Source of the DNA: Squalus acanthias
Lineage: Eukaryota
DNA: 64,000 nucleotides
NCBI GenBank assembly: GCA_030390025.1
Contig: JASTWF010000033.1
Span: forward strand, 1-64,000
Direction: 5' to 3'
Translations under genes and position numbers: made by a program
Shown here: one piece after another, positions 51,060-64,000 of the stretch
Layout of the letters: each line of letters opens with the position of its first letter
Position numbering within the stretch: the stretch's first letter is position 1
Notes under the pieces: generated by a model
Databases searched by the model: none
The model's input: only the letters and a program-made list of their open reading frames with translations
Told to the model about the DNA's origin: nothing

Positions 51060-54000
51060 CATCTGACTAACCCGTCTATATCGTCCTGCAGGCTGAGGCT
51101 TCCCTCCTCACTATTTTCCACTCCACCAATTTTCGTGTCACTTGCGAAGTTACTGATCATACCTCCTACATTCATATCTAAATCATTAATGTACACTACA
51201 AACAGCAAAGGACCCAGCACCGATCCCTGCGGTACACCACCGGACACAGGCTTCCAATCACAAAAACAACCTTCGAAAATCACCCTCTGCCTCCTGCCAC
51301 TAAGCCAATTTTGGATCCAATGTGCCAAGTTGCCCTGGATCCCATGGGCTCTTACCTTCTTGCCCAGTCTCCCATGCGGGACTTTGTCATAAGCCTTACT
51401 GAAGTCCATGTAGACCACATCAACTGCACTGCCCTCATCCACACTGCCAGTCACCCCCTCGAAAAATTCAAGCAGATTGGTCAGACATGATCTCCCCCTG
51501 ACAAAGCCATGCTGACTATCCTTGATTAATCCTTGCCTCTCCAAGTGGAGACTAATTTTTGTCCCTCAGCATTTTTTCCAATAATTTCCCTACAACTGAT
51601 GTTAGGCTCACTGGTCTATAATTCCCTGGTTTATCCCTACTACCCTTTTTGAATAATGGTACTACGTTAGCTTTTCTCCAGTCCTCTGGCACCTCCCCTG
51701 TGGCCAGTGAGGTTCTGAAAGTTTGTGTCAGAGCCCCTGCAATCTCCTCCCTTGCCTCACACAGCAGCCTGGGATAAATCTCGTCTGGGCCTGGAGATTT
51801 ATCCACATTTAAGCCCGCTAAAACCGCTAGTACCTCCTCCCTCTCAATACTAATTTGTTCAAGTATATCACAATCCCCCTGTCTGATTTCTATGCCTACA
51901 TCGTCCTTCTCCATAGTGAACACAGATGCAAAATATTCATTTGAAACCCCACCTACATCATCTGGTTCAACACACAGATTGCCACTTTGGTCCCTAATGG
52001 GCCCTACTCTTTCCCTGGTTATCCTCTTGCCCTTAATATACTTATAAAACAACTTGGGATTTTCCTTTATTTTGCCCGCCTGTGTTTTTTCATGCCCCCT
52101 CTTCGCTCTCCTAATTTCTATTTTAAGTACCCCCCTGCACTTTCCATACTCCTCTAGGGCTTCCACTGTTTTAGTCATTTGTATCTGCCAAAAGCCTCCC
52201 TTTTTTTCCTAATCCATTCTCGTATATCACTTGTCATCCAGGGTTCCCTGGGCTTGTTGGTCCCACCCTTGACCTTTACGGGAACATGTTGGAGTTGTAC
52301 TCTGTCGATTTCCTTTCTGAAAGACTGCCACTGCTCTGATGTGGATTTTCCTACAATTAGCTGATCCCAGTCCACTTTGGCCAGATCCTGCCTTATCATA
52401 TTAAAATCGGACTTCCCCCAATTTTGAATCGTTATTTCCGGTCCATCTTTGTCCTTTCCCATGACTACCTTACATCTCACCGAATTATGGTCACTGTCGC
52501 CTAAATGCTCTCCTGCAAACACTTCTACCACTTGCCCGGCTACATTCCCTAGAATTAGATCCAGTACCGAACCTCTCTTGTAGGAATTTCTACATGCTGT
52601 CTCAAAAAGCTCTCCTGGATGCACTTTAAGAATTCCGCACACTCTAAGCCTTTCACACTCTGACTATCCCTGTTAATATTGGGGAAGTTGAAATCCCCGA
52701 CTATTATTACCCTATTATTTCTACATTTCTCTGAGATTTGCCTACATATCTGTTCCTCTATCTCCCCCTGACTGTTTGGGGGCCTATAGTACACTCCCAT
52801 CAAAGTGCTTGCCCCCTATTTGTTTTTGAGATCCACCCATATGGCCTCATTAGAGGAACCTGCTAAGATACCATCCTTCCTTACAGCAGTAATTGACTCC
52901 TTGATTAATATTGCGACACCCCCTCCTCTTTTACACCGACCTCTGTCTCACCTGAAATTTCTACACCCCGGAATATTGAGCTGCCAGTCCTGCCCCACCC
53001 TCAACCATATCTCTGTGATAGCAACAATATCATACTCCCGTGTTTTCATCAACACCTTCAATTCATCTGCCTTACTCGCAAGACTCATTGCATTAAAAAA
53101 AATACCATCCAGCCTTACCAAACTCCCTTGTGCCGTTACATATTTGCTCCGCCTTCCAGGCCGACTTGTTTTTTCCTCTATATTTGGCTGTGCATCACCC
53201 CACTACTATAGCTCCACTCCGTATCCCATCCCCCTGCCAAGTTAGTTTAACCCCCACCCCCACCCCCCCACCCCAAAATTGGGACTTTGGCGACTGCCAT
53301 TTCAGTGCTGTGGCAGGAGCAGAAACCCGATTGGAGAGACTTAAACATGAGGCTGTGAAAAAGATGGGCAGAATTTCGGGAGGCTACAAAACATTGAGGA
53401 AAGGGAGGCTGGGGATGGAGATGCACCTGTCTAACTCTTCACCCACGTGTCAAACGGGACGAGTCTCTGATCAAACTCTCTCCTCTGAAATACACAAACC
53501 CTATTTCTGACTCAATGTTGTAGAATCAGTTAAACTTATTTCACTTTTACAGAATATTCCATGCGCTCTCGCTGGGCGACTGGAATCTCCCAGTTCCACC
53601 GGAGGAGTTTGCTTTTTGCAGGCTACAGAATAAGAGCAAAGTTTCTGATGTGCTCTTGATACCAAACTGTCTCAGAAAATGCGGCATCTTCACTTCCTGT
53701 TTTACATGGAATTAACAGCAGAGAAACAAGCTATTCATCCCAAGTGGTCTGTGCCGGTGTTTCTAATCGACAGGAGCCTGCTGACAGCGCTCTTCATCTC
53801 ACCCCATCAGCATAACCTTATATTCCTTTCTCCCTCATCCATTTATCACACATCCCATTCAATGCACCTTTTATTTGCAGTGAGGCTCAGCAACATGGAA
53901 CTTACCTTCTGACCGATCCTGTACAATTCAAGTGATGTTGTTCCTCCGTCCCCCCACGGGAAAAGCACCCCCACCCCTCCCCAAATTGGCTCAGCCCCCC

Positions 54001-57000
54001 GGCAGCTCACTGGCCCAGATACCCGTTCACCCACTGGCCCAGGCACCCGCCGCACCCTCCGGCCCAGCACACCGCACCCAACAACACTGGCTAGGCCTCC
54101 ACCCCCCAGACTGGCCCAGCCCCGGCCCCCACCATAACTGCGCCAGAGGGCAAATTAGCTTCACCAAATTGACCCAGTCCCTCTCCCCACTGACCCAGAC
54201 TCAAACACCACTGACCCAGCCACACCCCATTGACCCGGTCCCACACTCCACTCTCCCAGCCCCATACCCCTCTGGCCCAGTCCCACACCCCACTGACCCA
54301 GCCCCGCAGCCCACTGACCCAGACCCAAACTCCACTGACCCAGCTCCACACCCATAAGACCCAGCCCCACACCCCAGTGACCCAGCCCCACACCTAATTG
54401 ACCCAACCCCACACCCCACTGACACAGCCCCACACCACATTGACCAAGCCCCACACTCCACTAACACAGCCCCACACCCCACTGACCCAGCCCCACACCC
54501 CACTGACCCAGTCCCACACCCCACTGACCCAGCCCCACACCCCACTGATCCAGCCCCACACCCCATTGACCCAGCCCCACACCCCACTGACAAAGCCCCA
54601 CACCCCACTGACCCAGCCCCACACCCCACTGACCCAGCCACACACCCCACTTACAAAGCCCCAAACCTCACTGACCCAGCCGTAGACCCCACTGACACAG
54701 CCCCACACCCCACTGACCCAGGCCCACACCTCACTGATCCAGCACCACACCCACACCCCACTGACCCAGCCCCACACCCCACTGACCCAGCCCCACACCC
54801 CACTGACCCAGCCCCACACCACACTGACCCAGCCCCACATCCCACTGACCCAGCCCCACACCCAACTGACTCAGCCCCACACCCCATTGACAAAGACCCA
54901 CACCACACTGACACAGCCCCATACCACACTGACCCAGCCACACTCAACACTGACCATGCCCCACACTGCTTTGAACCAGCCCCGCACCCCACTGTCCCAA
55001 CCCCACACCCACACCCCACTGACCCAGGCCCACGCCCAACTGACCGAGGCTCACATCCCACTGACCCAGCCCCACAACCCACTGACCCAACCCCACACCC
55101 ACACCCCACTGACCCAGGCCCACGCCCAACTGACCGAGGCTCACATCCCACTGACCCAGCCCCACAACCCACTGACCCAACCCCACACCCACACCCCACT
55201 GACCCAGGCCCACGCCCAACTGACCGAGGCTCACATCCCACTGACCCAGCCCCACAACCCACTGACCAAGCCCCACACCCCACTGACCCAGGCCCTCACA
55301 CCACTGACCAATCCCCACGCCCCACTGATCCAGCCCCACACCCCACTGACCAAGTTTCACGCCCCTCTGATACATCCTGATACCGACACCCCTGTGACCC
55401 AACCCCACACCCCACTGACCCAGACCCACACCCGACTAACCCAGCCCCACGCCCCACTGATCAATCCCCACGCCCCACTGACCCAGGCCGACACCCATCT
55501 GACACAGCCCCACTGCCCACTGACAATGCCCCACACCCCACTGACCTGGCCCCACACCCGACTAACCCAGCCCCACGCCGCACTGATCCAGCCCCATACA
55601 CCACTGAACCAGCCCCACACCACTCTGACCCAGCCCCACACCCCACTGACACAGCTCCACACCCCACTGACACAGCCCCACACCCCACTGACACAGCCCC
55701 ACACCCCACTGACACAGCCCCACACCCCACTGACCCAGCCCCACACCCCACTGACCCAGCCCCACACCCCACTGACCCAGCCCCACACCCCACTGACCCA
55801 GCCCCACACCCCACTCACCCTGCCCCACAACACACTGACCCAGCCCCACACCCACAGCCCACTGACACAGCCCCACACCCCACGGACACAGCTCCACTCA
55901 CCGCTGACCAAGACCCACACCCCACTGACCCAGCCCCACAACCCACTGACACAGCCCCACTCACCGCTGACCCAGCCACGCACCCCTCTGAAACAGCCCC
56001 ACACCCCAATGATACAGCCCCACACCCCACTGACCCAGCCCCACAACCCACTGACTCAGCCCCACACCCCACTGACACAACCCCACACCCCACTGACCAA
56101 GCACCACACCCCACTGACCAGCCCCACAATCCACTGACCCAGCCCCACACCCACAGCCCACTGACCCAGCCCCACACCCACACCCCACTGAAAGAGCCCC
56201 ACACCCACACCCCACTGACCCAGCCCCACACCCCACTGACACAACCCCACACCCCACTGACACACCCCATACCCACACCCCACTGACCCAGCCCCACACC
56301 CCACTGACACAGCCCCACACCCCACTGACCCACCCCACACCCACACACCACTGACCAGACACATAAACCTGACCCAGTCCCACACCCCACTGACAAAGCT
56401 CCACACCCCACTGACACATCCACACACCCCACTGACCCAGCCCCAAACTCCAATGACGCAGCCCCACAACCCTCTGACCCAGCCCCACATCCCACTGACC
56501 CAGCCCCGCACCCACTGACCCAGCCCCACACCCCACTGACCCAGCCCCGCACCCACTGACCAAGCTCCACACCCCACTGACCCAGCCCCACACCTCACTG
56601 ACCCAGCCACACACCCACATCCCACTGACCCATTCCCACACCTCACTAACCCAGCCCCACACCCTACTGACCCAACCCCACACCCCACTGACCCAGCCCC
56701 GCACCCCACTGACAGAGCCCCACACCACACTGACACAGTCCCACACCCCACTGACCCAGCCCCACACACCACTGACCAAGTCCCACACCCAGACCCCACT
56801 GAACCAGCCCCACACCCCACTGACCCAGCCCCACACCCCACCGACCCAGCCCCACACCCCACTGACCCAGCCCCACACCCCACTGACCCAGTCCCACACC
56901 CAAACCCCACTGAACCAGCCTCAGCCCCACACCCCACTGACCCAGCACCACACCCACACCCCACTGACCCAGCCCCACACCAAACTGACGCAGCCCCACA

Positions 57001-57353
57001 TCAACATCCCACTGACCAAGCCCCACTCCCCACTGACCTAGCCCCATACCCCACTGACCCAGCCCCACACCAACACCCAACTGACCCAGCCACACACCCC
57101 ACTGATTCCGCCCAACACCCACTGAAGAAGACCCAAACCCCACTGACCCAGCCCCAAACCCACTGACCCAGCCCCACACCCACACCCCACTCACCCAGCC
57201 CCACACCCCACTGTCCCAGCCCCACACCCACAACCCACTGACCCAACCCCACAACACACTAACCCAGCCCCACACCCACAACCCACTGACCCAGCCCCAC
57301 ACCCGACCTAGCCAGCCCCACGCCCCACTGATCCAGCCCTACACCACACTGAT

Positions 57354-57673
57354 GGGCAGCACGGTGGCATAGTGGTTAGCACTGTTGCCTCACAGCGCCA
57401 GGGACCCGGGTTCGAATCCGGCCAAGGGTGACTGTCTGCGTGAAGTTTGCACATCCTCCCCGTGTCTTCGTGAGTTTCCTCCGGGTGCTCCGGTTTCCTC
57501 CCACAGTCCAAAGATGTGCGGGTTAGGTTGGTTTGGCTATGATAAATTGACCCTTAGTGTTAGGGGGGATTAAATACGTGGGGTTACGGGGATAGGGTGG
57601 GATATGTGTCGGTGCAGACTCGATGGGCCGAAATGACCTCTATCTGCACTGTGGGGATTCTGTGATTCTGTGA
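57354..57673 (+). mobile_element. Full-length HE1/V-type SINE
   Basis: A box TGGCATAGTGG, B box GGTTCGAATCC, V-domain, LINE-like 3' end gactcgatgggccgaa...gattctgtgattctgtga. Confidence 0.93.
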
Positions 57674-58653
57674 CCCAGCCCCACACCCCACTGAACGAGC
57701 CCCACATCCCACTGACCCAGCCCCACGCCCCACTGACACAACCCCACATCCCACTGACCCAGCACCGCAACCCACTGACCAGCCCCAGAACCCACTGAAC
57801 CAGCCCCACACCCACACCCCACTGAAAGAGCCCCACACCCACACCCCACTGACCCAGCCCCACACCCCACTGACACAGCCCCACACCCCACTGACACACC
57901 CACACCCACACCCCACTGCACCAGCCCAGCACCCCAGTGACCCACCCCACATCGACACCCCACTGACCAGACCCACACCCCTGACCAAGCCCCACACCCC
58001 ACTGACACATCCACACACCCCACTGACCCAGCCCCAAACTCCAATGACCCAGCCCCACATCCCACTGACCCAGCCCCACATCCCACTGACCCAGCCCCAC
58101 ACCCCACTGACCCAGCCCCACACCTCACTGAACCAGCCACACACACACATCCCACTGACCCATTCCCACACCTCTCTGACCCAGCGCCACACCCTCCTGA
58201 CCCAACCCCACACCCCACTGTCCCAGCCCCGCAACCCACTGTGAGAGGCCCACACCCCACTGACCCAGCCACACACACCACTGAACCAGCCCCACAGCCC
58301 ACTGACCCAGCACCACACCCCACTGACCCAGCCCCACACCAACACCCAACTGACCCAGCCACACACCCCAGTGACTCCGCCCCACACCCACTGAACAAGC
58401 CACACACCCCACTGACCCAGCACCTCACCCACACCCGATTGACTCAGCCCCACACCCCACTGACCCAGTCCCACACCCACACCCCACTGGCCCAGCCCCA
58501 CACACCACTGACCCAGCCGCACACAACACTGACCCAGGCCCTCACCCCACTGACCCAGCCCCAAACCCCACTGACCCAGCCCCCAGCCCCACACTCGCAC
58601 ACCCGACCTACCGAGCCCCACGCCCCACTGATCCAGCCCCACACCGCACTGAT

Positions 58654-58973
58654 GGGCAACACGGTGTCGTAGCGGTTAGCACTGTTGCCTCACAGCGCCA
58701 GGGACCCAGGTTCGAATCCGGCCAAGGGTGACTGTCTGTGTGGAGTTTGCACATCCTCCCCATGTCTGCATGGGTTTCCTCCGGGTGCTCCGGTTTCCTC
58801 CCACAGTCCAAACATGTGTGGGTTAGGTTGATTTGGCTATGATAAATTGACCCTTAGTGTTAGGGGGGATTAAATACGTGGGGTTACGGGGATAGGGTGG
58901 GATATGTGTCGGTGCAGACTCGATGGGCCGAAATGCCCTCTATCTGCACTGTGGGGATTCTGTGATTCTGTGA
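58654..58973 (+). mobile_element. Full-length HE1/V-type SINE, duplicate of the 57354 copy
   Basis: Same length and same junction flanks as the 57354 copy, 1300 bp downstream. Confidence 0.93.
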
Positions 58974-61009
58974 CCCAGCCCCACACCCCACTGACCCAGC
59001 CCCACACCCCACTGACACAGCCCCACACCCCACTGACCCAGCCCTACACCTCACTGAACCAGCCCCACACCCACACCCCACTGAACCAGCCCCACACCCC
59101 AGTGACCCAGATCCAAATCTCACTGACCCAGCCCCACACCCCACTGACGGAGCCTCTCACCGCACTGACACCGTCCCACACCCCACTGACCCAGCCCAAC
59201 ATCCCACTGACCCAGCCCCACACCTCACTGACCCAGCCCCACACCCCACTGACCCTGTCCCACACCCACACCTCACTGAACCAGCCCCACACCTCACTGA
59301 CCCAGCCCCAAACCCCACTAACGCAGCCCCACACTAACGTCCCACTGACCCAGCCCCACACCCAGTGAACAAGACCCACACCCCACTGACCCAGCCCCAC
59401 ACCCCACTGACCCAGCCCCACACCCACACCCCACTGACCCAGCCCTGCACCCCCCTGTCCCAGCCCCACACCCAGACCCCACTGACCCAGTCCCACACCC
59501 CACTGACCCAGCCCCACACCCGACTTACCCAGCCCCACACCCCACTGACCCAGCCCCACACCAACACCCAACTGACCCAGCCACACACCCCAGTGACTCC
59601 GCCCCACACCCACTGAACAAGCCCCACACCCCACTGACCCAGCCCCTCACACACACCCGATTGACTCAGCCCCACACCCCACTGACCCAGCCCCACACCC
59701 AACTGACCCGGCCCCACACACCACTGAACCAGCCCCACACCCCACTGACCCAGCCCCACAGCCCACTGACACTCCCCCACACTCCACAGACCCGGGCACA
59801 CACCCCACTGACACGGCCCCACACCCCACTGACACAGCCCCACACCCCACTGTCCCAGCCCCACACCCCACTGACCCAGCCACACACCCCACTGACACAG
59901 CCCCACAACCCATTGACCCAGACCCACACCGCACTGATCCGGCCCCACACCCCACTGACCCAGCCCCACACCCCACTGAACCGGCCCCAGACCCCACTGA
60001 CCCATCCCCACACCCCACTGACCCATCCCCACACCCCACTGACACAGCCCCACACCCCACTGACCCGGCCCCAGATCCCACTGACTCATCGCCACACCCC
60101 ACTGACCCATCCCCACACCCCAGTGACCCAGCCCCACACCCAACTGACCCGGCCCCACACCCCACTGAACCAGCCCCACACCCCACTGACCCAGCCCCAC
60201 AGCCCACTGACACTACCCCACACTCCACAGACCCGGGCCCACACCCCACTGACACGGCCCCACACCCCACTGACACAGTCCCACACCCCACTGTCCCAGC
60301 CCCACACCCCACTGACCCAGCCCCTCACCCCACTGACACAGCCCCACAACCCATTGACCCAGCCCCACACCGCACTGATCCGGCCCCACACCCCACTGAC
60401 CCAGCTCCACACCCCACTTACCCGGCCCCAGACCCCACTGACCCAGCCCCACACCCACACCCCACTGAACCAGGCCCCCACCCCACTGACCAGGCTGCAC
60501 TCCCCACTGACCCAGCCCCACACCCCACTGACCCGACCCCACACCCCACTGACCCAGCCCCACACCCCACTGACCCTGCCCCACACCCCACTGACCCGGG
60601 CCCACACCCCACTGACACAGCCCCACACCCCACTGACCCGGGCCCACACCCCACTGACCCGGCCCCACAACCCACTGACCCAGCCCCACACCCCACTGAT
60701 CCGGCCCCACACCCCACTGACCCATCCCCACACCCCACTGACCCGGCCCCACACCCCACTGACCCAGCCCCGCACCCCACTGACGCAGCTCCACACCCCA
60801 CTGACCCAGCCCCACACACCACTGACACAGCTCCACACCCCACTGACACAGCTCCACACCCCACTGACCCAGCTCCACACCCCTGGAATACATAGAATAG
60901 AGATAGCGCGAGATTTTCTAGGTTTGGGGAATCCAGGACAGGGGTTGGGGATGCTAAAATTAGAGTTAGTCTGTTCAGGAGTGAAATCAAGAAGCACGTT
61001 TTCACACAA

Positions 61010-61270
61010 TAAGTACATAATAACATTAGAAATAGGAGCAGGAGTCCGCCATTCGGCCCTTCGAGCCTTCTGCGCCATTCAATGAGATCATGGCTGATCT
61101 TCTGCCTCAACTCCATTCACCGGCCCTGTCGCCATTTCCCTTGATGGCCTTACTAGTCAGAAATCTATCGACTTCTGTTTTGAATATACCCAATGACTGA
61201 GTCTCCACAGCCCTCTGGGGTAGAGAATTCCAAAGATTCACCACGTTCTGTGTGAAGAAATGTCTTCTGC
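61010..61270 (-). mobile_element. Short CR1 3' fragment (preceded by a plus-strand CR1 remnant at ~60885-61010)
   Basis: ataggagcaggagt..gccattcggcccttcgagcc...atgagatcatggctgatc matches the CR1 3'UTR at 20135-20205. Confidence 0.8.
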
Positions 61271-61596
61271 TTTAAAACCAGCCTGGCTGCCTCGGCCATT
61301 TTAATTGTGCAGTTTTAAGGACCCCTGCTGCGGTGCTCTGGCCTGTGACCAGTTTGTCTACTTTAATTTGTTGGATTAATCCAGAGCTGGGGGACAGTTT
61401 TACAGCCAGGGTGTTCGTTCCTGACATGAACGGCGTCACTTAACCAATACGTTTTTGCAGCGTTAAGTTCAACACAGACAGTTTCAGTAACATCAGATCC
61501 AGAAAACTGCTTCTTATAGAGTCACCACTGAGTCAAAACTGCTCTCATACTGAGGGGGCAATTTGAGATTTATTAATACAGTCCTGGGCCATGAAA

Positions 61597-62690
61597 CTGC
61601 CAGGTGTGTATGGGGTTTCACAGTGTATCAGGATCCTGCCAGGTGTGTATGGGGTTTCAAAGTGTATCAGGATCCTGCCAGGTGTGTATGGGGTTTCACA
61701 GTGTATCAGGATCCTGCCAGGTGTGTATGGGGTTTCAAAGTGTATCAGGATCCTGCCAGGTGTGTATGGGGTTTAACAGTGTATCGGGATCCTGCCCGGT
61801 GTGTATGGGGTTTCACAGTGTATCGGGATCCTGCCAGGTTTGTATGGGGTTCCACAGTGTATCAGGATCCTGCCAGGTGTGTATGGGGTTTCACAGTGTA
61901 TCAGAATCCTGCCAGGTGTGTATGGGGTTTCACAGTGTATCAGGATCCTGCCAGGTATGTATGGGGATTCACAGTGTATCAGGATCCAGCCAGGTGTGTA
62001 TGGGGTTTCACAGTGTATCAGGATCCTGCCAGGTGTGTATGGGTTTCACAGTGTATCAGGATCCTGCCAGGTGTGTATGGAGTTTCACAGTGTATCAGGA
62101 TCCTGCCAGGTGTGTATGGGGTTTCACAATGTATCAGGATCCTCTCAGGTGTGTATGGGTTTCACTATCAGGATCAGGTATGGGGTTTCACAGTGTATCA
62201 GGATCCTGCCAGGTGTGTATGGGGTTTCACAGTGTATCAGGATCCTGCCAGGTGTGTATGGGTTTCACAGTGTATCAGGATCCTGCCAGGTGTGTATGGG
62301 TTTCACAGTGTATCAGGATCCTGCCAGGTGTGTATGGGGTTTCACAGTGTATCAGGATCCTGCCAGGTGTGTATGGGGTTTCACCGTGTATCAGGATCCT
62401 GCTAGGTGTGTATGGGGTTTCACAATGTATCAGGAACCTGCCAGGTGTGTATGGGGTTTCACAGTGTATCAGGATCCTGCTAGGTGTGTATGGGGTTTCA
62501 CAGTGTATCAGGCACCTGCCAGGTGTTTATGGGGTTTCAAAGTGTATGGCGTTCCTGCCAGGTGTGTATGGGGTTTTACATTGTATCTGTATCCTGCCAG
62601 TTGTTTACTGGTTCTCACAAAGTTTCAGGATTCGGCCAGGTGTGCAGATGGCTTCACTTTATATCAGGATTCTGCCAGGTGTGTTTGGGA
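61597..62690 (+). repeat. Second, short and diverged array of the 39-bp satellite (~28 units)
   Basis: Same unit and orientation as 1-15811, decaying toward 62690. Confidence 0.97.
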
Positions 62691-64000
62691 TTCCGCAATT
62701 GCAACAGTTGTTCAGATTTTCTCACACACTGCTTGTCAAAACCATTCTTATTGCTGTGGTAGAGGCTATTCTGGTTGGAAATATGGAACGAGTGATCATT
62801 GATGAATTAAATGATCCTTCACTCGGTTTTACACAGTCTGGTAGAATTGCATTATATTTAATCAGAGATTTGTGTTGAATATTTAAGTTTTTGAGTTTTA
62901 TTTTATATTCTGGTACTTTATCAAGATGATATTTATCCGCATATACAATATATAGCTGGGTGTGATCCCTCTAGTCCCTATGGGCTGTGACATTGTTCGT
63001 GTGTTCTTAGAAATGTGTCCTGGTTGGTGCTTCTATTTGAATATAGTGACCATATCTCTCATGGTGCCAGCACCTGACTAAGGAGCACTGTAGGAGGTGA
63101 GGACATTTCCTGTTGTTCCACTAATATTAACACCAATGCAAAATGTTATGAAGCATGTACCTTTATACAGTAAGGTGATATTTATGTTTGGAATTTTTCG
63201 TTCTGAAATGTGGGCCCCGCCGTTGTCAGTTAAATTAAATAGTATTGGGCACCAAACGGTTCATTGAGTGAATTCATCGCGCGTTATTGTAAAAAAAATA
63301 AAAGCATACGGAGTTAGAAAGGATCAGATTCGCACGCGTGTCTGACTGAACTGTAAATTCTACAATAGGGTGGAGGCGCCGTGGGTCCACAATGGGGTAA
63401 AACCCCAGAGTTCGTGTTCCTGCTTTCTGTCCCGCAACCGCTGTGTCTGTGGGGAGACTGGTGGAGATCAGGAGTGGGATTAACCCTGAAATCGCCGGTG
63501 TAAAATGGCCTGTCCTCAGTCACGATCTGAGCCCACACTCACATAATAGCCGCAATACGGAGGCTGGAGAGCAAATCAGACAGCGGGAAATAGGCTTTAG
63601 AGAGGATGAGTAAAGTACGAAATGGAATAAAACACAGAAATGAAGCTTATAATTTACATTAACCTTACCTCGATCGCCCAAGGATTTTCTGACTCTGTAT
63701 TTCCGTGTTGATTTTGCGAGTTACATCCTTATTATTTCAGTGGAACCTTTCAGGCAGAAGTTCCTTGTTTTATTTTATCAGGTCACAAATTGTGAATTTG
63801 ATCTGATCCCTGTTCTGTGAGACTCAGAGCTCCGCCCTCTGCGTGAAAGCTACTGCCCGCCCTCAGGATGGATTTCAACTCAAACATTCCTCATTTGCTT
63901 CAGAACAGGGTGCGGCCTTTCTGGCCAAATCAAATCCAACCGGTTTGACAATTCGCAGCCACCTCACCTGTAAACAAAGTTAGTTATAAAATTTACTTCA

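Larger units (their letters stand above)
46873..53250 (-). mobile_element. Older CR1 LINE (near full ORF2, frameshifted), split into 46873-47703 and 51060-53250 by a younger CR1
   Basis: Tail catagagtcatagag at 46873. RT pieces EQWQMEFKPEKC (47398 ORF) and MERQGLIKDSQHGF...DIDGLVRW (50786 ORF) join across the insertion. EN pieces YYRPPNS, GDFN, DSDH at 52175-52803. Ends near the ORF1 stop (~53250). Confidence 0.9.
54170..60882 (+). repeat. C-rich 21-bp minisatellite, consensus CCCAGCCCCACACCCCACTGA, ~290 diverged copies, with two embedded SINEs
   Basis: Read directly. Source of the TQPHTPL, GSVGCGA, VSGVWGW and GLGQWGV ORFs. Confidence 0.97.

Noticed and set aside
50786..51544. Novel RT-esterase fusion gene
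   Set aside because: Product of nested CR1 insertion. The host RT has FASD in place of FADD and is frameshifted upstream.
54091..61116. Keratin-associated, mucin-like or Gly/Cys-rich proteins
   Set aside because: Open in several frames on both strands; these are translations of the 21-bp minisatellite.

Overview
Repeat-dominated vertebrate DNA. HE1/V-type tRNA-derived SINEs and shark-type CR1 LINEs point to an elasmobranch; the species cannot be determined. Nearly all long ORFs in the track are translations of tandem repeats or LINEs. Hidden among the repeats, four small minus-strand exons (40069-40164, 38389-38555, 16242-16413, 16071-16136) have canonical GT-AG sites and matching phases. 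They splice into a 156-codon N-terminus with a CARD-like death-fold, resembling the expanded shark NLR ('NACHT, LRR and PYD domains-containing 3-like') family. The expected NACHT/LRR exons would lie left of position 1. The introns and upstream region contain a 39-bp satellite (1-15811, again at 61597-62690), a 51-bp satellite (18328-37105) interrupted by a young 5'-truncated CR1, nested CR1/L2 LINEs (41.9-53.3 kb), a CpG-rich TIR element (40744-41640), a 33-bp minisatellite derived from L2 RT sequence, and a C-rich 21-bp array (54.2-60.9 kb) with a duplicated SINE. No CRISPR, rRNA or true tRNA genes. Counts are length/unit estimates and the edges of degenerate elements are approximate.
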